Part shown: in pieces, positions 40,686 to 49,684 of the stretch | Position numbering within the stretch: the stretch's first letter is position 1 | How the letters are laid out: each line of letters starts with the position of its first letter | From: Gammaproteobacteria bacterium | Lineage (GTDB): Bacteria > Pseudomonadota > Gammaproteobacteria > GCA-001735895 | DNA: 64,000 nucleotides | Direction of reading: 5' to 3' | Assembly: GCA_029862125.1 (NCBI GenBank) | Contig: JAOTXY010000001.1 | Coordinates: 26,025-90,024 of the forward strand | Made by a program: the position numbers and the translations under genes | The notes under the pieces: model-generated | Told to the model about the DNA's origin: nothing | Databases searched by the model: none | What the model saw: the letters and a program-made list of their open reading frames with translations, nothing else

Positions 40686-40733
40686 AGCGGGCCGAATTGA
40701 AATTCGAAGACGTAGGCCTCGATCCCGCTACGA

Positions 40734-40833
40734 GTCATCCCCGCGCAAGCGGGGATCTTGAAATGGCTCCTGGTTGCAAGATTCCAATAAGTCAACCCAG
40801 CGTGCGCTGGGGGGCCACGTGCGCGGAAATGAC
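40734..40833. repeat. REP doublet at the secretin 5' end
   Basis: Left half GTCATCCCCGCGCAAGCGGGGATCTTG; right half CAAGATTCC...CGTGCGCGGAAATGAC interrupted by a small hairpin (CCCAGCGTGCGCTGGG). Confidence 0.75.
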
Positions 40834-42184
40834 TGAAATGGTTATCTTTAGATACCGGTTGTTGCCGTTGCTTATGCTGCTTATCCTTTTGGCGATAACG
40901 CCAAACGCGCAAGCCGGCAAGATATCGCTCTCTGTCGATGAGCTCGATATCCGCGAGGTGATGCAGATGCTGTCGCGCGAGCAACGCATGAACATATTTG
41001 TTGCCGATGGAGTCAGCGGTGATGTCTCGGTTAATCTTTATGACATGGACACGGCCGAGGCGGTAAAGCTGATTGCCGAATCCGCTGGTTTCGTGGTCGA
41101 GCAACGTAACGACAGTTTTTTTATTATCGAACGCGATGACGCCGGCAAACTGCGGCAAAGCGACAGCCTCGAAGTGCGCGCCTTCAAGATACAGTATGCC
41201 TCGACCGGCGAGGTCGAAACCATCCTGCAGGAATATGTTTCCGAGTTGGGCAACATCAAGGCATTGGAAGAAAACAATATGCTCGTGATCGAGGACTTGC
41301 CATCCTTCCTCGATAAAATGGAAACGCTGCTCGGTGAAATCGATCGCGAGCCGAAACAGATCATGATCGAGGCCAAGATCCTCGAGATCACACTTACCAA
41401 CAACCAGTCCTACGGGCTCGACTGGGCCAAACTGTTCGACAGTTCGGATGGTACCGGCAGTCTGGGTACCCAGGGACTGGCCAATCCGAATTCAGCAGGA
41501 TTGTTTGCGCAATATACCAACAGTAACGTCGACCTGGTGTTGAATGCATTGAAAGAGCGCGGGCGCCTGCGCACGATTTCGACACCGAAGCTGCTCGCCA
41601 TGGAAGGGCTCGAAGCGGAATCGGTGGTCGGTGCTGAAATCGGTTACCAGGTAACAACAACGATCAACAATGTTAGTACCGAGAGTGTCGAATTTCTCGA
41701 GACGGGCGTTATTCTCAAGGTGACTCCGACGGTCGATCGCAGCGGTCGCATCTTGCTCGATATCCTCCCCGAGGTCAGTACCGGCTTCGTCAACGACGAT
41801 GGTATTCCTTCCAAGTCAACCACGCAGGTGTCAACGCACATGCTGGTACCTGACGGTAAAACCGTGTTTCTAGGTGGCCTGATTCAGAACCAGGTCAATA
41901 ATACCCGCGAGGGAATTCCTGGTTTGGGCGATGTGCCGATTATCGGCGGGCTGTTTTCGAACCGATCGCAGAATATTGTCAGTACCGAAATCGTGGTGCT
42001 GATCACGCCGCGCATTGTCGATTACGCCAACGACGAGCCCAGAGTACCGGCGATCGACCGCGTCGAACTCATTAACGAAATCATCGATGCGGAGCTGGAC
42101 AACACCGAGAAGGACCTGGCAAAAACCTTCGACGGCGAATCCTCAACAGGCACGCCCGACGACTTCGGCGGTAATAGAAAGTAA
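40829..42184 (+). CDS. Outer-membrane secretin (PilQ/GspD/MshL family, short form)
   Basis: Signal peptide ending AQA, N-domains, QIMIEAKILE, STPKL, TGVILKVTP, IPGLGDVPIIGGLF, VLITPRIV. Start ambiguous (40682, 40829 or 40838). Confidence 0.9.
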   Translation: MTEMVIFRYRLLPLLMLLILLAITPNAQAGKISLSVDELDIREVMQMLSREQRMNIFVADGVSGDVSVNLYDMDTAEAVKLIAESAGFVVEQRNDSFFIIERDDAGKLRQSDSLEVRAFKIQYASTGEVETILQEYVSELGNIKALEENNMLVIEDLPSFLDKMETLLGEIDREPKQIMIEAKILEITLTNNQSYGLDWAKLFDSSDGTGSLGTQGLANPNSAGLFAQYTNSNVDLVLNALKERGRLRTISTPKLLAMEGLEAESVVGAEIGYQVTTTINNVSTESVEFLETGVILKVTPTVDRSGRILLDILPEVSTGFVNDDGIPSKSTTQVSTHMLVPDGKTVFLGGLIQNQVNNTREGIPGLGDVPIIGGLFSNRSQNIVSTEIVVLITPRIVDYANDEPRVPAIDRVELINEIIDAELDNTEKDLAKTFDGESSTGTPDDFGGNRK

Positions 42185-42190
42185 TTCCTG

Positions 42191-42260
42191 CGTCATCCCC
42201 GCAAACTTTACTTCGTCATCCCCGCGTAAGCGGCGGTCCGACGTATCGGGATCTTGCAAC
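42191..42260. repeat. CGTC-type REP left half (with partial tandem copy) next to the GIY-YIG gene
   Basis: CGTCATCCCCGCGTAAGCGGCGGTCCGACGTATCGGGATCTTGCAAC at 42214-42260, identical to 42676-42722 and over 46 nt to 52100-52145; partial copy at 42191. Confidence 0.9.
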
Positions 42261-42268
42261 TATTTGAG

Positions 42269-42565
42269 CTAACCCAGGATGTCTGCATAAAGATCCGTCC
42301 AATCCGGATTCATGGATTCGATTAACTCGATCTTCCAGTCACGGTTCCATTTTTTTATCTGCTTTTCTCGAATAATCGCAGTGTAAATATCCGCATGTTG
42401 CTCGTACCAGACTAAACAGTCAGCATTGTATTTCCTGGAAAATCCATCGACCATCTTTTGCTTATGTTGCCAGATGCGATATTTCAGATTTGAAGTTACA
42501 CCGGTGTAGAGGACACCTTGGGGTTTGCTCGCGAGCAGGTAGACACAGGGAGATTCCCGATCCAT
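42269..42565 (-). CDS. Small stand-alone GIY-YIG endonuclease-family protein
   Basis: CVYLLAS...LYTGVTSNLKYRIWQHK...LVWYE...AIIREKQIKKWNRDWKIELIE..NP.W.DL keeps the Tyr, Arg, His and Glu residues of the family; purine-rich RBS upstream. Confidence 0.9.
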   Translation of the reverse strand: MDRESPCVYLLASKPQGVLYTGVTSNLKYRIWQHKQKMVDGFSRKYNADCLVWYEQHADIYTAIIREKQIKKWNRDWKIELIESMNPDWTDLYADILG

Positions 42566-42617
42566 TTCTTCTTCCTTGAAGAGATAAGGACCATGAATAC
42601 TAGCATGATCTTGTTAC

Positions 42618-42722
42618 GAGATTCCCGCTTGCGCGGGAATGACATCAAAATTCCATCATCCCCTCAGGGTTACCCCGTCATCCCCGCGTAAGCGGCGGTC
42701 CGACGTATCGGGATCTTGCAAC
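42618..42722. repeat. REP right half followed by another left half
   Basis: GAGATTCCCGCTTGCGCGGGAATGAC (42618-42643), a spacer containing AAAATT, then the 47-nt left half at 42676-42722. Confidence 0.9.
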
Positions 42723-42735
42723 TTTTGCACTTTAT

Positions 42736-44517
42736 TTAGCTTCCCTTTTGGGGACGCATGTCGGCCGGATCGATGCCGGCCACTGCAACCGGCGCCTTCA
42801 TCGCATCGCGGCGGAAGGGCTCGCCCAGTTCCTGGTTGAGCACGACTTCGATAAAGGTGGTGACATTGTCTTCCATCTGTTCCTTAACTGCGGTTTTCAG
42901 CGTCTCGGTGAGGCCTTCCATGGTTTCCGCCTTAACCCCCTTGACGCCGCAAGCCTCGGCGACCTTCGCGTACTCGACACCAACGTTGAGCTCGGTGCCG
43001 ACGAAGTTATCGTCGTACCACAGCGTGGTGTTGCGTTTTTCTGCGCCCCACTGGTAATTGCGGAAGATGATCATCGTGATCGCCGGCCAGTCGTTGCGCC
43101 CGCAGGCGGTCATCTCGTTCATCGCGATACCGAAAGCACCATCGCCGGCGAAACCGATCGCCGGTACGTCGGGACGGCCGATCTTGGCGCCGAGAATCGA
43201 CGGCAGGCCATAGCCGCAAGGGCCGAACAGACCGGGTGCCAGGTACTTGCGGCCTTCCTCGAAGCTCGGGTAGGCGTTGCCGATGGCGCAGTTGTTGCCG
43301 ATGTCGGACGACATCATCGCATTCTCCGGCATCGCCTGCATGATCGCCTGCCAGGCCTGGCGCGGGGACATGCGCTCCGGATCACGCGCACGGGCGCGCT
43401 CGTTCCAGGTGATGCCCTCGTCGTTGTCTTCCTCGTAAATCATTTCTGCCAGTTCGCGCTGCCAGTTGTCCCTGGTCTCGGCGATCAGGGCTTTTCTCGC
43501 GTCTCGTCCCGCTTCACCGGCTGTATCGGAGAGTTGCGCGAGAATCTGCTCGGCCACTCGCTTCGCATCGCCCTGGATTGCGACATCGACCTTCTTCGTC
43601 AGTCCGATACGGCTGGCGTTGATATCGACCTGGATAACCTTCGCGTTCTTCGGCCAGTAATCGATGCCGTATCCCGGTAACGTGGAGAAGGGGTTCAGCC
43701 GGGTACCGAGCGCAAGCACGACATCGGCTTTGGCAATCAATTCCATGGCTGCCTTGGAACCGTTGTAACCGAGCGGACCGGCCGCGAGCGGGTGCGAGCC
43801 CGGGAAGGCGTCGTTGTGCTGGTAGTTACAACACACCGGTGCGTCGAGGCGTTCGGCGAGGTGCTTTGATGCTTCGATCGCGCCGCCGAGGACAACTCCG
43901 GCGCCGTTCAGGATCACCGGAAACTCTGCTGTGGATAATAGTTCGGCGGCACTGGCAATCGCATCGGCACCACCTGGTGAGCGCTCGAGCCGGACTACCT
44001 GCGGCAGATCGATATCGATGACCTGGGTCCAGTAGTCGCGCGGGATGTTGATCTGTGCCGGCGCGCTGCCGCGCCAGGCGTTTTCAATGACACGGTTCAG
44101 CACCTCGGCAATGCGCGTCGGATCGCGTACTTCTTCCTGGTAGCAGACCATGTCTTCGAACAGCGCCAACTGCTTGACTTCCTGGAAACCGCCCTGGCCA
44201 ATGGTCTTGTTGGCCGCCTGCGGGGTTACCAGCAGCAGCGGCGTGTGGTTCCAGTAGGCGGTGATGATCGGGGTGACGAAGTTGGTAATGCCCGGGCCGT
44301 TCTGTGCGATCGCCATCGACATTTTACCGCTTGCACGAGTGTAGCCATCGGCGCTCATGCCGGCGTTGCATTCGTGTGCGCAATCCCAGAACTTGATACC
44401 CGCCTCGGGGAACAGGTCGGAAATCGGCATCATTGCCGAGCCGATAATGCCGAAAGCATGCTCGATACCGTGCATCTGCAGAACCTTGATGAATGCCTCT
44501 TCAGTAGTCATTTTCAT
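42736..44517 (-). CDS. xsc: Sulfoacetaldehyde acetyltransferase (ThDP-dependent)
   Basis: MKMTTEEAF, FGIIGSA, AQNGPGITN, GLFGPCGYG, GDGAF, NYQWGAEKRN, ELGEPFRRDAM; taurine gene context. Confidence 0.96.
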   Translation of the reverse strand: MKMTTEEAFIKVLQMHGIEHAFGIIGSAMMPISDLFPEAGIKFWDCAHECNAGMSADGYTRASGKMSMAIAQNGPGITNFVTPIITAYWNHTPLLLVTPQAANKTIGQGGFQEVKQLALFEDMVCYQEEVRDPTRIAEVLNRVIENAWRGSAPAQINIPRDYWTQVIDIDLPQVVRLERSPGGADAIASAAELLSTAEFPVILNGAGVVLGGAIEASKHLAERLDAPVCCNYQHNDAFPGSHPLAAGPLGYNGSKAAMELIAKADVVLALGTRLNPFSTLPGYGIDYWPKNAKVIQVDINASRIGLTKKVDVAIQGDAKRVAEQILAQLSDTAGEAGRDARKALIAETRDNWQRELAEMIYEEDNDEGITWNERARARDPERMSPRQAWQAIMQAMPENAMMSSDIGNNCAIGNAYPSFEEGRKYLAPGLFGPCGYGLPSILGAKIGRPDVPAIGFAGDGAFGIAMNEMTACGRNDWPAITMIIFRNYQWGAEKRNTTLWYDDNFVGTELNVGVEYAKVAEACGVKGVKAETMEGLTETLKTAVKEQMEDNVTTFIEVVLNQELGEPFRRDAMKAPVAVAGIDPADMRPQKGS

Positions 44518-44586
44518 TGCGCTGTCCTCGGTGAGGGTCTAATTTTTGTGGCCGGCTAAAATAAGCCAACCGCTTTTTTCTTGTAG

Positions 44587-44615
44587 TACCAGTTGAGAGG
44601 TATTGGTGATACCAA
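44587..44615 (-). promoter_or_regulatory. Putative TauR (MocR-type) operator upstream of xsc
   Basis: TGGTA direct repeats 23 bp apart on the minus strand with an inverted TTGGT between them; similar TGG repeats 23 bp apart at 46324 and 46347 upstream of tpa. Confidence 0.4.
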
Positions 44616-44645
44616 TTGCAATATGGAGCCCTTAATCCATAGTTA

Positions 44646-44800
44646 TGTCATGCCGCGGCTTTCTGCTGTCATCCCGCGGCTCGACCGCGGGATCCAGGAA
44701 TGCACTCATATAATTTACAACTGGATACCGCGGTCAAGCCGCGGTATGACAGGGTAATTGATCGGGCTGTATGACAGGGTAATTGATCGGGCGGTATGAC
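44646..44800. repeat. GTCAT-type REP doublet with tandem end duplications
   Basis: Doublet at 44667-44751 (same subtype as 19841), partial left copy at 44646, and GTATGAC repeated at a 25-bp period (44744, 44769, 44794). Confidence 0.88.
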
Positions 44801-44820
44801 AAATTAAGGGATGAAAGTGG

Positions 44821-46290
44821 TTAAATCATGTCGTGGATCAGGCCGGCGAGCTTCCTGATGCCGGGTTCGATCTGGCGCGCGCTGATCGACGAATAGCCGA
44901 GGCGAATGAAATTTAAAGGTGGTTGCTCCTGCATGAAATAGATGTCGCCGGATTCGATCAGGATACCGGCCGAGCGTGCACTTTCCTTGAGCTTGCGCGT
45001 ATCGAGCCTTGCGGGCCCTTCGACCCAGTAAGAGGTGCCGCCAAACGACGGAATACGTGACGACTCCGGGAGATGACGATTGAGTGCTTTGCCCATGATC
45101 TGCCAGCGTTCCTTGTAAGTCTGGCTGAGACGGTGAATCAGAGAATCGTGGTGACCCATCGACAGGAATAGGGCCACGATACGCTGATTGTTGGCCGGTG
45201 GATGACGCACCATCAAACGGCGTAACGCGCGCGCCTCCCTGATCAACGCCTTCGGCGCAACCATGTAACCCAGGCGCAGGCCGGGCGCTAGCGTCTTCGA
45301 CAGGCTGCCGACATAAATGACTCTTTCGTTGCCATCGAGGCTTTTTAATGCCGGGGTCGGTTCTCCGACAAAATTGATTTCGCTTTCGTAATCGTCCTCG
45401 ATGATCAGAAAATCATTCTGCTCGGCCTGCTTGAGTAAAATCTCGCGTCGCTCAAGCGGCATCGTCACCGTGGTTGGCGACTGGTGGCTTGGAGTGACGT
45501 AGACAAATTCGCAGGAGTTCAGCTCAGCGCCCGGAATCACGCCGTGTTCATCGACCTCGAGCGGCACCACCCGGGGTGATTTGAGTTCAAAAATATTACG
45601 CGCGTCGGGATAGCCCGGGTTTTCGATGCCGACGCGGGTGCCTTTCTGGATCAGCAGGTCGGCGAGTATATACAATGCCTGCTGCGCGCCCATCGTGATC
45701 AGGATTTCGTCGCGAGCCGCCCAGACACCGCGGCGTGGCAGGATGCGCGCCTGGATCTGTTCGATCAGCAACGGGTCATCGGTATCGATGGCATCGGGCG
45801 TGACATCCTGGATGTCACTGACACTGAGCGCCTGGCGGCAACACTCACGCCAGTCCGCGACCGGAAACAGGTCCGGATCGAGTTGCCCGAACAGAAACGG
45901 GTAGCGGTACTTTTTCCAGTCCACGGGTTTTACGATGTTGCGCTGCTGCGACGGATGGAACTTGATGTGCCGCTTCCAGTCTGGCGGTTTGTGATCACCG
46001 TCGAACTTGAGCGGCTCTACCCGCACGCGCCCGTCGAGAATGGTTTTATCGATGTAGTAGCCGCTGCGTTCGCGCGCGACCAGGTAACCCTCGTCGATCA
46101 GCTGCTGGTAGGCGAGCACCACGGTATTGCGCGCGATACCGAGATGGCGTGCGAGTTCCCGCGACGACGGCAGAGCGATTTCTAGCGGCAACTTGTCATC
46201 CAGGATCGCGCTGACAATCATTTCGCGCAGCTGGCGCTGGTAGCTGATTTTACGGTCCTTGGAGATGCGAAATAACTGGTTCCACATCAT
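44821..46290 (-). CDS. tauR: MocR/GabR-family PLP-dependent regulator of taurine genes
   Basis: GntR wHTH (LPSSRELARHLGIARNTV), YVTPSHQSPT, IIEDDY, GSLSK..PGLRLGY; divergent from tpa. Start 46290 or 46311. Confidence 0.82.
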   Translation of the reverse strand: MMWNQLFRISKDRKISYQRQLREMIVSAILDDKLPLEIALPSSRELARHLGIARNTVVLAYQQLIDEGYLVARERSGYYIDKTILDGRVRVEPLKFDGDHKPPDWKRHIKFHPSQQRNIVKPVDWKKYRYPFLFGQLDPDLFPVADWRECCRQALSVSDIQDVTPDAIDTDDPLLIEQIQARILPRRGVWAARDEILITMGAQQALYILADLLIQKGTRVGIENPGYPDARNIFELKSPRVVPLEVDEHGVIPGAELNSCEFVYVTPSHQSPTTVTMPLERREILLKQAEQNDFLIIEDDYESEINFVGEPTPALKSLDGNERVIYVGSLSKTLAPGLRLGYMVAPKALIREARALRRLMVRHPPANNQRIVALFLSMGHHDSLIHRLSQTYKERWQIMGKALNRHLPESSRIPSFGGTSYWVEGPARLDTRKLKESARSAGILIESGDIYFMQEQPPLNFIRLGYSSISARQIEPGIRKLAGLIHDMI

Positions 46291-46431
46291 GTGATCGCTT
46301 CGGTTTAGCATCGATTTTTAAATTGGTCTATATAATTGGCATAATCTGGCTCTATTGTAACTTGTTCGATAGGATTTAGCCTCTGTTTCCCTTAGTCTAT
46401 TATGCAGTTAGCCCTTTTCGCGGAGAGTGCG

Positions 46432-47802
46432 ATGAAACCAGAAAACATCAATGAAATTGTCGGTAGCGACAGGAATCACCTGTGGCATCACCTCGTGCAG
46501 CACAAACCCTGGCAGTCGACCGATCCCATGGTCATTGTCGAGGGCAAGGGACTGAGGGTTACTGATCAGAACGGGCGCGAGTACCTGGACGCGGTCTCCG
46601 GCGGTGTCTGGACTGTGAACGTCGGCTACGGTCGCGAAGAAATCGCCGATGCGGTGCGTGATCAAATCGCGAAGATGTGTTACTTCGCCAATTCCGCCGG
46701 CAATATCCCCGGCGCCCAGTTTGCCGAAAAACTGATCGATAAAATGCCGGGCCTGAGCCGCGTCTATTACGCCAATTCCGGCTCGGAAGCCAACGAGAAA
46801 GGTTTCAAGCTGGTGCGTCAGCTCGCCGCACTGAAGAACGACGGCAAGAAGCACAAGATTATCTATCGTGACCGCGACTATCACGGCACCACGATTACTA
46901 CCCTGAGCGCGGGGGGTCAGGCGCAACGCAAAGACCAGTATGGTCCTTTCACCCCGGGTTTCGTTGAAATTCCACATTGCCTGGCTTACCGCGATCCACG
47001 TGGTGGCGATCCTGACTACGGCGTGCAGGCGGCAAAGGACCTCGAAAAAGTGATTCTCGCCGAAGACCCCGATACGGTCGGCTCGGTTTGCCTCGAACCC
47101 ATCACCGCCGGTGGTGGCGTCATCGTGCCCCCCGAGGGCTACTGGGAAACCGTGCAGGAAATCTGCACAAAGTATGGTGTCCTGATTCACATCGACGAGG
47201 TTGTCTGTGGCATGGGTCGGACCGGCAAGTGGTTCGGTTACCAGCATTACGGCGTCAAGCCCGACATGGTCACCATGGCCAAGGGTGTCGCCAGTGGTTA
47301 CGCGGCGATTTCGGTGCTGGCAACAACCGAGGACCTGTTCAACGAATTCCTCGCCGAGCCAAGTGACAAGCTGCATTACTTCCGTGATATCAGCACATTC
47401 GGCGGCTGTGCCGGCGGACCTGCGGCGGCACTCGCCAACATGAACATCATTGAACGCGAAAACCTGCTCGATAACGTCAACCAGATGGGTGACTACCTGA
47501 TGGATGGGTTGAACGGACTGATGGACAAGCATGAAATGATCGGCGAAGTGCGTGGTAAGGGCCTGTTTGTCGGTGCCGAACTGGTTAAAGACCGCAAATC
47601 GCGAGAGCCGGTTGACGAGTCGGTGGCTGCCGCGGTAGTTGGAGACTGTCTCAAGCAGGGCGTTATGATCGGTCGTACCAATCGCAGCCTGCCCAAATAC
47701 AACAACACGCTTTGCCTGAGCCCGGCGCTGATATGTACGCGCGATGATATCGATGAAATCGTGACTTCAATCGACGTCGCGCTGGGTAATGTCGCGCAAT
47801 AA
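46432..47802 (+). CDS. tpa: Taurine:pyruvate aminotransferase
   Basis: HLWHHLVQHK, DAVSGGVWTVNVGYGR, SGSEANE, DYHGTT, DEVVCG, MAKG, RDISTFGG; RBS GGAG before ATG 46432; next to xsc and tauR. Confidence 0.88.
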   Translation: MKPENINEIVGSDRNHLWHHLVQHKPWQSTDPMVIVEGKGLRVTDQNGREYLDAVSGGVWTVNVGYGREEIADAVRDQIAKMCYFANSAGNIPGAQFAEKLIDKMPGLSRVYYANSGSEANEKGFKLVRQLAALKNDGKKHKIIYRDRDYHGTTITTLSAGGQAQRKDQYGPFTPGFVEIPHCLAYRDPRGGDPDYGVQAAKDLEKVILAEDPDTVGSVCLEPITAGGGVIVPPEGYWETVQEICTKYGVLIHIDEVVCGMGRTGKWFGYQHYGVKPDMVTMAKGVASGYAAISVLATTEDLFNEFLAEPSDKLHYFRDISTFGGCAGGPAAALANMNIIERENLLDNVNQMGDYLMDGLNGLMDKHEMIGEVRGKGLFVGAELVKDRKSREPVDESVAAAVVGDCLKQGVMIGRTNRSLPKYNNTLCLSPALICTRDDIDEIVTSIDVALGNVAQ

Positions 47803-47816
47803 GCCCCGATATCGAC

Positions 47817-48821
47817 ATGTTTAAAATCTACCTGGTGAAGATAACCAGTATCTTCACTCTAGCGCTGTGCGCGATTCTCACGAGCCTGTCTGTTAACGCG
47901 GCCGGGCTCAAGCCGACCGAGATCACGGTTGCCTATGTTCAGCAGTGGCCGACGCCAAACCGGTTTGCACAGGCGAAAATGATTTTTGACGAAGCACTCG
48001 GGCTCAAGGTTAACTGGGTCGCCCTTGCCGACGGTACCGAAATGACTGCGGCGATGGCATCGGGTGATGTACAGATTGCCTACGCGCAGGGTCAATTGCC
48101 TTTCCTGGTCGGCATAAGCGGCGGAAACGATTTGAGCATGGTCGCTATCGCGGTCAGTTACCCGGAAAATGATAATTGCGTCCTGCGCGACGATGCCGGT
48201 GTTACCCAGGTCAATGCAGTGCAGCTCGCGGGCCGGAAGATTGCAATCCAGGTTGGCAGTATCACGCATTACCGGTTGCTAAAAATCCTGGGCCACCTGG
48301 GCCTCGACTCAACCGAAGTCAAAATATTGCCGATGCCCGACGACGCTGCTTCGGCCTATGCGTTAGAACATGGCCACGTAGCAATGGCCTGTGCCTCCGG
48401 CAGCGCATTGCGCAGCATGTATGGGTCAGGCAAGCCGCTGATGACGGGTGCCGAACTTGAGGCCATCGGTCTCAGGTTGTTCGATATCGTCACGGTGCCA
48501 ACGAAGTTCGCGACCGAGCACTCCGAAATCGTGCAGGCTTTTATCGACGTCACCGAGGCCTCCAATAAGCAGTGGATGAAACACCCCGAATCGATGCAAG
48601 CGGTTATCGCGAGTGCCGCCGGTTTGAACCTTGAGGACAGCAAACTGATTATGCAGGATCTTGACTTCCCACTGGCCGAGGAACAGAAATCGATTGCATG
48701 GATGGATGGCCTGGTTCCGACTTATATCAGGGACCTCGCCGAGTTTTTCGTCGAGCAGGGCCAGCTCGACAAGTCACTGAATAGCTATGACCGTTTTATC
48801 ACCACCCGATTTTTACGATAA
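47817..48821 (+). CDS. Taurine ABC transporter substrate-binding protein-like (TauA-like)
   Basis: Signal peptide, VAYVQQWPTPN, AMASGDVQIAY, NDNCV; 14 bp after tpa. Confidence 0.75.
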   Translation: MFKIYLVKITSIFTLALCAILTSLSVNAAGLKPTEITVAYVQQWPTPNRFAQAKMIFDEALGLKVNWVALADGTEMTAAMASGDVQIAYAQGQLPFLVGISGGNDLSMVAIAVSYPENDNCVLRDDAGVTQVNAVQLAGRKIAIQVGSITHYRLLKILGHLGLDSTEVKILPMPDDAASAYALEHGHVAMACASGSALRSMYGSGKPLMTGAELEAIGLRLFDIVTVPTKFATEHSEIVQAFIDVTEASNKQWMKHPESMQAVIASAAGLNLEDSKLIMQDLDFPLAEEQKSIAWMDGLVPTYIRDLAEFFVEQGQLDKSLNSYDRFITTRFLR

Positions 48822-48848
48822 CAGATCGCTTGATACCCTGCGCGTGAT

Positions 48849-49604
48849 TTGGTGATCGCGCCGGAGATTCCCGAAATGCAAATAACCGATGTTGTTGCGG
48901 GCCTCGGCGCGAATGAATTTCTGTTCGTCGAATCCGGGCAGGCAAAGGGCTTGCTGTCATCAATCGCGGCAACACCGATCGGTGACGACCAGGTATTTCT
49001 CGACAGTTGGAATCGGCTCGAGGAAGATCAATACATGGCCGACGGCGGCAAGTATCGCAAGCGTCGGCACGCGACCTACGCCATTTGGAACGCGGGTGAA
49101 CGGGCGCAGTTGATGCCCTACCAGCCGCACTATCAAACCGTTGATTACAATCCGCTGAACGGCGGGGTGGCACGTTACTTCGCGCCGATTCTGGATGACT
49201 TGCACCAGAGCATGACACTGGCCGCATTGCTTGAATTCGGCAACCAGGTTTTCAGCCAGCTCTTGGGTAATCAGCAGTGGCATATCGAGCTGCACCAGTT
49301 TCGAATCGAGGCGCGCGACGGCCGACTCGGCAAACCGACGCCGGAAGGCGTGCATCGAGACGGCGTTAATTTCGTCATCGTGGTAATGGTGAAGCGCGTC
49401 AACATCGACAGCGGGGCGACAACGATATTCGACGCCGATAACAGGCAGATCGGTGAATTCATGTTGCGTCAACCATTCGATATGGCGCTGGTAAACGACC
49501 GTCGCTGCTATCATGGAGTAACCCCGATTATCCAGATCGATGCGGGTGCCGAGGCCTTCCGCGACGTACTCGTGATCACCTTCAAAAACAGGGAATCGGT
49601 GTAA
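48849..49604 (+). CDS. 2-oxoglutarate/Fe(II) dioxygenase-family protein
   Basis: PTPEGVHRDG (HxD), YHGVTP (distal His), RDVLVITF. Confidence 0.78.
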   Translation: MVIAPEIPEMQITDVVAGLGANEFLFVESGQAKGLLSSIAATPIGDDQVFLDSWNRLEEDQYMADGGKYRKRRHATYAIWNAGERAQLMPYQPHYQTVDYNPLNGGVARYFAPILDDLHQSMTLAALLEFGNQVFSQLLGNQQWHIELHQFRIEARDGRLGKPTPEGVHRDGVNFVIVVMVKRVNIDSGATTIFDADNRQIGEFMLRQPFDMALVNDRRCYHGVTPIIQIDAGAEAFRDVLVITFKNRESV

Positions 49605-49684
49605 AAAACGTTATTTTGTTTGGCCATAACTGATTTATAATTCGCCGGCTTTCAAGTCGACCAACAGGCTAACCGAGGTTTATC

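Noticed and set aside
24636-42184. Calling the locus a canonical type II secretion system
   Set aside because: No GspC/L/M; it has PilM/N/O-like proteins, an MshEN ATPase and a giant adhesin-like tip pilin. A secretion role cannot be fully excluded.
42748-43680. 310-aa plus-strand ORF, and similar long ORFs at 46408-47532, 25899-26756 and 24554-25222
   Set aside because: They lie antisense to well-supported genes (xsc, tpa, the ATPase) and have no recognisable motifs; typical shadow ORFs of GC-rich coding DNA.
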